A stretch of DNA of 44,034 nucleotides from Octopus bimaculoides (lineage: Eukaryota), in contig NC_068986.1 in the NCBI RefSeq assembly GCF_001194135.2, forward strand, positions 98,154,621-98,198,654, read 5' to 3'. The number at the start of each line of letters is the position of its first letter. The first letter of the stretch is position 1. Shown here piece after piece: positions 35,756 to 44,034 of the stretch. Below the pieces are notes generated by a model. That model saw only the letters and a list, made by a program, of their open reading frames with translations, did no database searches and had not been told where the DNA came from. The position numbers and the translations under genes were made by a program.

Positions 35756-35760
<5 letters not shown>
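34500..35760 (+). mobile_element. Decayed near-full-length mariner (D,D34D) element
   Basis: 'KEEQRSVIRFL..VHLMLSAQY..SVYRWI', 'RWVPIEL' (34986), 'IVTRDKTW..HFEPE' (D1 ~35104), 'EDNTRPH' (D2 35390), 'HPASSYDLVPFG' (cf. HPPYSPDLAPSD). There are 34 residues between D2 and the D3 position. TIRs eroded. Confidence 0.93.
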
Positions 35761-35809
<49 letters not shown>

Positions 35810-35868
35810 ATATATATATATTATGTATGCATGTGTGTGTGTTGTGCGTGTGTGTGTGTGTGTGTGTA

Positions 35869-36296
35869 TTTTTTGCTTTTTATTCTCATACACAAGGAAT
35901 ACCTAAGATTAGAATTGGTAGCATACCATAAGAATACTACTGGCTATTTGGGAATTCTAAGGGTGGGCGAGCTCTATTTGTACTCTAATACGTTCTTAAC
36001 AAAACACACATCAACTATATATATATATATACACCCACACACACACATATATATATATATATGTATGTATGTATGTTGTGTTTGTGTGTGTTTGTGTGTG
36101 TATGTGTGTGTGTATGTGTGTGTGTGTGTGTGTGCGTGTGTGTGTGTGTGTAGTTGAGGTGTTCTGTTAAGAACGTATAAGAGTACAAATAGACCTCGTT
36201 CACCCTTAGAGTTCCCAAATAGCCGGTAGTATTCTTATGGTATGCTACCAATTCTATCCTTAGGTATTCCTCGTTTGTGAAAATAAAAAGTAAAAA
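35869..36296. repeat. Inverted repeat pair (~147-bp arms, 35869-36017 and 36151-36296) around a pure microsatellite spacer
   Basis: Arms are reverse complements, roughly 85-90% identical by eye. The ORF track shows 'EYLR.ELVAYHKNTTGYLG.LRV' on both strands. Confidence 0.93.
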
Positions 36297-36341
36297 GTAA
36301 AAAGAGTCAAAAGGAAGTGTAAGTACGGTGAGGCAGCTTTT

Positions 36342-36660
36342 TAATCGCCACAAATGTTTCGATACATACAGATCCTCGTATATACAGGATTTAAAGTGAA
36401 GTTTAAATCAAATTTCGTAACGATTTACGTGTATAAGAAGATCTATATGTATCTCTTCAGGCGATATTCAGTTGCTGTCTTCGCAAGTAAATCCAAATTT
36501 CCGTGCTAGATTTACTTACGGAGACGGTAACTGAATATCACCTGAGGAAATACATATAAATCTTCTTATACAGGTAAATCGTTACGTAATTTAATTTAAA
36601 CTTAACTTTAGATCCTGTGTATACGAGGATCCGTATGTATTGAAACATTTGTGGCGATTA
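36342..36660. repeat. Long imperfect palindrome (~152-bp arms, 15-nt loop) running into an N-gap
   Basis: TAATCGCCACAAATGTTTC...GTAAATC (36342-36493), loop 36494-36508, GATTTAC...GAAACATTTGTGGCGATTA (36509-36660). Confidence 0.95.
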
Positions 36661-38919
36661 NNNNNNNNNNNNNNNNNNNNNNNNNNNNNNNNNNNNNNNN
36701 NNNNNNNNNNNNNNNNNNNNNNNNNNNNNNNNNNNNNNNNNNNNNNNNNNNNNNNNNNNNNNNNNNNNNNNNNNNNNNNNNNNNNNNNNNNNNNNNNNNN
36801 NNNNNNNNNNNNNNNNNNNNNNNNNNNNNNNNNNNNNNNNNNNNNNNNNNNNNNNNNNNNNNNNNNNNNNNNNNNNNNNNNNNNNNNNNNNNNNNNNNNN
36901 NNNNNNNNNNNNNNNNNNNNNNNNNNNNNNNNNNNNNNNNNNNNNNNNNNNNNNNNNNNNNNNNNNNNNNNNNNNNNNNNNNNNNNNNNNNNNNNNNNNN
37001 NNNNNNNNNNNNNNNNNNNNNNNNNNNNNNNNNNNNNNNNNNNNNNNNNNNNNNNNNNNNNNNNNNNNNNNNNNNNNNNNNNNNNNNNNNNNNNNNNNNN
37101 NNNNNNNNNNNNNNNNNNNNNNNNNNNNNNNNNNNNNNNNNNNNNNNNNNNNNNNNNNNNNNNNNNNNNNNNNNNNNNNNNNNNNNNNNNNNNNNNNNNN
37201 NNNNNNNNNNNNNNTATATATATATATACACACATACATACGTACATACATGCATAGGTATATACATACATACATACAAACCCACATATACAGAGTGAGA
37301 GAGTGTAAAACTGAAGAACAATGTCAGAAATGTGTAGGAAGGATGTAGACGGATAGTTTAATAGGAAAATATCATATAAATTACCAAATAAATTGTTACC
37401 TGCGTTTGGTGGAATTTCCTGAATAATGTCAGCATATGGCCAGTTGAAGATATTTGTAACTATCGATTAATTTTTAATGTGAATTCTAATTCTTTCGGAC
37501 TGGCTCTTGCGTATAGAATTTTATAAGGTGTATATGACAACTTTCAATGATATATCGATTGAATGGCTATCCATTATTTGTCCTATAGAGTATATATCAA
37601 TTCAATGGATGTTCATGTTTGTTTTTCAAGGAATAAAATATCTGAAGCTAATGCCTCATGTTTGATTTTGTTAAGGTTATGAAAGGAATGCGTGCAGGAA
37701 TTTATATTTAATATCTTTCCTATAATTTAAAGTCGTCGTATGAAAGCTTTGCAGATGTTCATTATATTCACTATGTCTGTGTATAGAAAACCTTTAGGAT
37801 CATAATCTCTTTCTTGTGCCTAGATATTAATTAATTTTTTTTTTAATCGAAAGCTTATTGTGCATATGTTTATTAAACTTAGAGTTAGAATTTAAATGTG
37901 GTGAAATGAAATATCTCAACATAGATTTTGGTGAAGAATTTGCATATATATTGCGATTGAAAATGCTTTTACATTAATTTGAAGATATTTTAAACTCAAG
38001 GGATATTCATAGTAGTATCGAATGATGCGAAATCACTCGATATTCTTATCCTGTTTTTCTTTCTATTGGTATGGCTGCTTAATGTGGTAACATAAACGGA
38101 TTTATCCAGTTCAGGTTAATGCGACAATATAGAATTTGGATGTATAACAGAGTATTTGTCTATTAGCTGAATGCTAGAATAGCCTAAGGGAGATCTTTAG
38201 AATCAGAATATAATTTTTATATCACGCAGGTTAGAATCGTTATTAAGTAATTAGCGATTGGTTTGGTTGGCGTTAAGGAATAGGATACTTATGTATAATA
38301 TCAAGATAATGCAATTTCATAAGGTGGGCTTCGTGAGCAATGTAGAAAACCATACTGTCTTTAGTTTTGTGACAGCACTTTGAACCGGAAGACTTTCTTG
38401 TATTTAAAGGCCGCCGCTAAGGATAGGGAAACAGTTATTAAAGTTATGTAGGATGAACTAACCAACGTCATCTCTGGTCTCAGCAGAATCCTCGGCTCAT
38501 AGTAAAGGGGAGAGGATTTCAAAGTTATCATTAGGTTTGTTTTTTTATCCGTATAGGTCAAACATATTTCACCATCATTTTATCAACGTATAAAATGATT
38601 TCCAAATTATTTCCAGGAATAGAGTTTTCGATTTGACAAAATGGATTGCCGTTCGTCAAACAGATCAAACAGTTAATGGAAGTAACCACAGCAAGTAATT
38701 AAGAGGGATTTAAATATCATTTTAAAAAAATTTATATAAGTGATCTTGATATTTTCTGAATTCAAAAATTATTTAATCAAGTAAAAGATTGCTTATAACA
38801 ATGATGTGATTGCCTTTCGTCTTTCTATGATTTTAAAGTCGACCTCAGCGATTTGTACATGAATTAAAGCGGTTCTGTGAACGAACGCCTTTCAGGAAGA
38901 TCAACTGCTTCCAGATCAT

Positions 38920-38986
38920 CTTTATACTAGCTTATTAATGTGTAGTTATACTAGCTTATTAATCTTTATACTAGCTTATTAATGTA
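38920..38986. repeat. Short tandem repeat TATACTAGCTTATTAAT x3
   Basis: Direct reading. Confidence 0.85.
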
Positions 38987-39562
38987 TATTTCCTTAGTTA
39001 TTATTGATGGAATAGGAAATTAAATCGTTATAAGTACTGCAATGTATCTAATAAATTTAGTTTTAATTTACAATATAAATAAATTCCGTTATAGTTTGCA
39101 TCGTAAAAATTATCAAAGAGGTATAAGAGATGTTTGCCAAGGCTTCTTAGTTCCATATTTCGTATCGAGAGCGTAAGTTCTCAAAGACCGTAACTAATAC
39201 TTAATAACAACTAGACTGTTCAGACATTCAAAATTAAACTTATGAAAAGACTTGGAAATGTCGACGGATTTATAAAGTAGTAAGCTGACCACAGGCAGTT
39301 CAATGCATTATATATATANNNNNNNNNNNNNNNNNNNNNNNNNNNNNNNNNNNNNNNNNNNNNNNNNNNNNNNNNNNNNNNNNNNNNNNNNNNNNNNNNN
39401 NNNNNNNNNNNNNNNNNNNNNNNNNNNNNNNNNNNNNNNNNNNNNNNNNNNNNNNNNNNNNNNNNNNNNNNNNNNNNNNATATGTATATAGGAGAAATAT
39501 AAATATATATAAAAGGAGTAAAAATACTGTAGATTCAGTATACATCACGTGGCAAAATTATG

Positions 39563-40363
39563 AGTTGAAAATATGTGGCAGACATATATAAAAAGTGGAA
39601 GAGAAATGCCCTCGTTTCACATAGTCTAATATCATCTTCTAAAGAAATTTGTTTTTAAATATATACATATTTTATGGTTGTAGTGATATCCGTCCGGTTT
39701 TCGCTATTTGAATTAGCTTTTTAAGGGACATTATGATGTAATCAATTCTTGTGACAAAGGGTCTCGCAATTTTGGATGCTTGGAAAATAAGAATGAGTCT
39801 AGAGAGTAGACCAAGGTAGGTAACATTTAGCAAGGAGGACAACTAACTCCTCAGTATAATTTTTGAAGTGATGAAGTATGTATATTAAAGTGTAGTGTGT
39901 ACTTTTGTATGAACAGGTTTTCCTTGTTTAGGGGTTCTTGTAAGGAGATTGAATTTTTGCATTGGTATAATAGAAAGATATGGAAATTCGGCGTTTTATT
40001 TCTTGCGCATCTCTCGAAATATTCGCTCAGGGCTATTTGCCTGCATTGAGCAAAACGAATCTGTTCTTTATGCAGCATGACTCTGCATCTCAAAGTAAAG
40101 CTCGTTTGGCTCTGGTCCACTCTCTAGACTCATTCTTATTTTTCAAGCAACCAAACTGGTGAGACCCCTTTGTCACAAGAACTGATTACTTCACAATGTA
40201 CCTTGAAAAGCTAATTTAAATAGCGAAAACCGGACGGATATCACTACACCCATAAAATACGTATGTACTTTTTAAAAATTTCTTTATAAAAAGATATTAA
40301 ACTATGTGAAACGAAAACATTTCTCTTCCACTTTTTATATGTCTTTCCACATATTTTCAACTA
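39563..40363. mobile_element. Foldback/MITE-like element with ~250-bp terminal inverted repeats
   Basis: Left arm 39563-39813 (AGTTGAAAATATGTGG...TAGAGAGTAGACCA) is the reverse complement of right arm 40113-40363 (TGGTCCACTCTCTA...CCACATATTTTCAACTA). ~300-bp unique spacer; right end followed by (TA)n. Confidence 0.85.
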
Positions 40364-40375
40364 TATATATATACA

Positions 40376-40675
40376 CGCGAACTTATTTCGTCCCCACTTT
40401 CAAGTTCGTGCCTCACAGCGTTCATACACACATAATTTTTCCCATCTGGCCGTATAGCCTTTTCCGTTTGTTTTCCTGTCTTATTTTTTTGTCCGCCACT
40501 ACATTCCTCCATGGCACAGGTTCAATTTGTGTATACAAATTTAATTTGCGGTCCTTGGGAAGAGCCGTTTTAACGATGCGTCCTACCCAGCTCTTCGAAA
40601 CGCCGATGTTAAAACGGGGGTAGCTGATGAAGGAAAATGTTCTCTATGTGGCTTGTGTGTTTTCTGTACTCTGAT
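40376..40675 (+). repeat. Dispersed repeat related to 6860-7330, with hammerhead-like words
   Basis: GGTC-CTTGGGA-AGAGC...GCTCTTC-GAAAC-GCC-GAT and a downstream CTGATGAAGG at 40624; truncated by the gap. Confidence 0.35.
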
Positions 40676-41058
40676 NNNNNNNNNNNNNNNNNNNNNNNNN
40701 NNNNNNNNNNNNNNNNNNNNNNNNNNNNNNNNNNNNNNNNNNNNNNNNNNNNNNNNNNNNNNNNNNNNNNNNNNNNNNNNNNNNNNNNNNNNNNNNNNNN
40801 NNNNNNNNNNNNNNNNNNNNNNNNNNNNNNNNNNNNNNNNNNNNNNNNNNNNNNNNNNNNNNNNNNNNNNNNNNNNNNNNNNNNNNNNNNNNNNNNNNNN
40901 NNNNNNNNNNNNNNNNNNNNNNNNNNNNNNNNNNNNNNNNNNNNNNNNNNNNNNNNNNNNNNNNNNNNNNNNNNNNNNNNNNNNNNNNNNNNNNNNNNNN
41001 NNNNNTATATATATATATATAGAGTTATTAATATTTCTAAGTCTCTCTAAAGGAGACT

Positions 41059-41134
41059 ACGGCAGCGGTACTGGAAATTAATAGTTATCGCCAAGCCAAC
41101 ATGGCAGTCCCAAAATTAGGACGAAAGCTGCCGT
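41059..41134 (+). other. Candidate structured RNA (three-way junction)
   Basis: Closing stem ACGGCAGC/GCTGCCGT (8 bp), hairpin GCCA-ACA-TGGC, hairpin GTCC-CAAAATTA-GGAC followed by GAAA. Confidence 0.3.
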
Positions 41135-41864
41135 GAATTAGCTCCAAGAAGCCATCGCCTCTAGCTAGCTATGTGACACACGAAACCTGTGTCCTTTATA
41201 ACCTGTGTCCTTTATATATATATATATATATATATATATTCACATTCATTTATATATATATATATATACATATATATGAGTGTGTGTATGTCGATGCATG
41301 TGTTTATGTGGGGTGTTTCTGTGCGTGCATGCGTGCATGTGTGTACATATATTAGAAGCACATCGATAAATGAAGATAGTATGCTTATTTTATAATTGTT
41401 TACAATAAGTCAGTTTCAATTGTAACCATTCATGCATCATGTCGTTAGCATCCAGAAAATTACAGCTTTATTTCCAAGCAGAGTGCAATTATTCTTTCAC
41501 ACTACACGGCGGCATCAACTCTTCTAAACATCACAAAAAGCAGCATGCTAATTGGTTTTATAATTTCGGCGATACGTACGCTCATATATTTCCCAATTAA
41601 TCGAGGTACTATTAATTATATTCCTTCAAGTCAAATATAAGAAGAAAGGGTGCAAAATGGATGAAGGAGGAGCAGTGCAATTTGACAGCTTAATTAACTT
41701 CGCTTCAGATTGTTTATTCGATTCATCAATATAGGTTTGTATTCTGCTCGGCTGTATTCTATAAATAAAACAGTTTGGTGGTCTGGTTTGACAATACGGC
41801 ATTCTGAATCAGTAACAAACACTCCTAGACGCTCTCTCTCTCTCTCCATCTATCTATCTCACTT

Positions 41865-41915
<51 letters not shown>

Positions 41916-42489
41916 NNNNNNNNNNNNNNNNNNNNNNNNNNNNNNNNNNNNNNNNNNNNNNNNNNNNNNNNNNNNNNNNNNNNNNNNNNNNNNNNNNNNN
42001 NNNNNNNNNNNNNNNNNNNNNNNNNNNNNNNNNNNNNNNNNNNNNNNNNNNNNNNNNNNNNNNNNNNNNNNNNNNNNNNNNNNNNNNNNNNNNNNNNNNN
42101 NNNNNNNNNNNNNNNNNNNNNNNNNNNNNNNNNNNNNNNNNNNNNNNNNNNNNNNNNNNNNNNNNNNNNNNNNNNNNNNNNNNNNNNNNNNNNNNNNNNN
42201 NNNNNNNNNNNNNNNNNNNNNNNNNNNNNNNNNNNNNNNNNNNNNNNNNNNNNNNNNNNNNNNNNNNNNNNNNNNNNNNNNNNNNNNNNNNNNNNNNNNN
42301 NNNNNNNNNNNNNNNNNNNNNNNNNNNNNNNNNNNNNNNNNNNNNNNNNNNNNNNNNNNNNNNNNNNNNNNNNNNNNNNNNNNNNNNNNNNNNNNNNNNN
42401 NNNNNNNNNNNNNNNNNNNNNNNNNNNNNNNNNNNNNNNNNNNNNNNNNNNNNNNNNNNNNNNNNNNNNNNNNNNNNNNNNNNNNNNNN

Positions 42490-42530
<41 letters not shown>

Positions 42531-42688
42531 CGGGCTTCTTTCAGTTTCCGCCTACCAAATCCACTAACAAGGCTTTGGTTGACCCGAGGCTATAGCAGAA
42601 GACATTTGCCCAAGATGCCACGCAGTGGGACTAAACCCGGAACTATGTGGTTGGTGAGCAAGCTACTTACCACACAGCCACTCCGGCT
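42490..42688 (-). mobile_element. SINE family B 5' half (remainder in gap)
   Basis: Reverse complement reads GAGTGGCTGTGTGGTAAGTAGCTTGCTCACCAACCACATAGTTCCGGGTTTAGTCCCACTGCGTGGCATCTTGGGCAAATGTCTTCTG...GGAAACTGAAAGAAGCCCGTCGTA(CA)n. Confidence 0.85.
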
Positions 42689-43325
42689 TCTTTGAGAAGA
42701 AAATTGTCAGGTGAACACATTCATAAAAATAAGATAGTTTCTATATGAACAAAACAGTCAAGTGACGAGTAATAACACTTTGATGGTTTGTACATGAATA
42801 TAACTATGTGGTTTATATATATATATATATATATATATTGATTAGTATTTATGAATACAGCTTCACCTATGTATTCATATCTATCGGAATTTTAGATAGA
42901 CTTTTTCCAACCTTATGTACGTTAAGATCAGATTTTTTAATATTGTTTTAGATTTTGTAGGATACGACCTCTGTTATACTCAACAAATCCAGTTTACATC
43001 TCATTTACTCCTGTTTAGTTATACTTAGTTTGCAATATATTACTTTCCCGTTTATCCTTTCTACCGACAGTCACATTTCATGACTATCCCGGGTTCTTTT
43101 TATTATTCTCGATTAATCTCATTACCTACTGGCAAACTCAAATGGGCACAGCGTTTAAAATGATATATAGGTGTATGGATCTATGTACATATATATAAGT
43201 GTGTGTGTGTGTATGTGTATACATATATATATATATATATATCCTTATAACCACTTCAACAAATTAACTACACGTGGGCCGTTAGTGATTTCTTCTTTTC
43301 CTTCTGTGGACCTTACCCTTTCGCC

Positions 43326-43358
43326 TTACCAACGAAGAGCTATGCTCGAAACGTTTAA
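43326..43358 (+). ncRNA. Decayed minimal type I hammerhead motif (Penelope-type)
   Basis: TTA-CCAACGA-A-GAGC-TAT-GCTC-GAAAC-GT-T-TAA: perfect helix II, GAAA, palindromic helix III (AAACGTTT), 3-bp helix I. The CUGANGA box has two substitutions. Confidence 0.45.
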
Positions 43359-43657
43359 CTCTCTCCTTTCATGCTTTTAATGATATGTCAATTTTGGAGA
43401 AATATTGAGATTATTTTTTCCTCTGTCAAGTAGAGCTAGTCATAATTGCCATTTGCCAGATTCGGAGTTAATCAAGAGTTAAGTGTAAGGTATTTGACAT
43501 ACTGATATCCGCATATGCTCTTCAAATACCTGCCACTGACAACTTCTCCGCTTATTTTCTCTTACCTCATTCAAACAAAAGGATATGCAGTTTTAATTTT
43601 ATTGACTGCTATGGACAATCATACTTACACCCTCTGTTTTGAACATGTTAATTTATT

Positions 43658-43735
43658 AACATTGAAACATTTTAGTTTGTCAACATTGAAACATTTTAGT
43701 TTGTCAATATTGGATCATTTTAATTTGTCAAATTT
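43658..43735. repeat. 24-bp tandem repeat (AACATTGAAACATTTTAGTTTGTC) x2 plus decayed units
   Basis: Direct reading. Confidence 0.8.
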
Positions 43736-43927
43736 GGAACTTTTAAAAATGTTTTTCTAATTTTAAACTTTTACCATTGATAAACAAAAAATATTGTTGA
43801 AACTAGTTTGGTATATATGTAAATTAATGTATTTTAAACATTTACGAGGTCTTGAAATATAGGTGCATTTTAAACGACACATTGTCCTATATATATAGGA
43901 AAAATGTGTGGTAGAAAATACACTTAA

Positions 43928-43962
<35 letters not shown>

Positions 43963-44034
43963 CATGTATGAAAATCTGTTGTTGAAAATGCACCTAACTT
44001 TATATATATATATATATGTGTACATATATATGTA

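Larger units (their letters stand above)
10749..42489. other. Ten assembly N-gaps: 10749-10971, 12294-12626, 25085-25184, 27958-28775, 30632-30854, 32034-32126, 36661-37214, 39319-39479, 40676-41005, 41916-42489
   Basis: Direct reading. Nearly all gap edges are (TA)n, (GA)n or (TG)n tracts; the exceptions are the left edges at 36661 and 40676. Confidence 0.98.

Noticed and set aside
37330-38600. Possible minus-strand Penelope RT/GIY-YIG relic ('TYTDKKTNL..', 'YSIGQ')
   Set aside because: Motif matches are too weak in very AT-rich sequence; a profile-HMM search is needed.
1-44034. CRISPR arrays, rRNA genes, prokaryotic operons or terminators
   Set aside because: None seen. The sequence is eukaryotic, and the short tandem repeats lack unique spacers.

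Overview
This is an AT-rich eukaryotic window with many microsatellites, ten N-gaps and no recognisable intact host protein-coding gene. The SINE families and repeat load look cephalopod (Octopus-like); that is recall and inference, not a search result. Most of the window is decayed transposable elements: a Helitron PIF1-helicase C-terminus, three hAT transposase remnants, a D,D34D mariner, two R4/Dong-type REL-endonuclease LINE 3' fragments, a Tx1/L1 3' fragment, probable Penelope and APE-LINE relics, C2H2-finger LINE-end relics and at least four tRNA-derived SINE families. The items most worth follow-up are (i) several hammerhead-ribozyme-like motifs and a hammerhead-like three-way junction, (ii) long foldback elements sharing TAGTTGA termini, one of which probably continues into an assembly gap, (iii) an R4/Dong fragment abutting a (TAA)n tract, and (iv) a CRE/CCAAT/NRF1-like motif cluster that could be a promoter. 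All translations, alignments and pairings were done by eye. Element boundaries are approximate, roughly +/-20 bp and looser for old relics.
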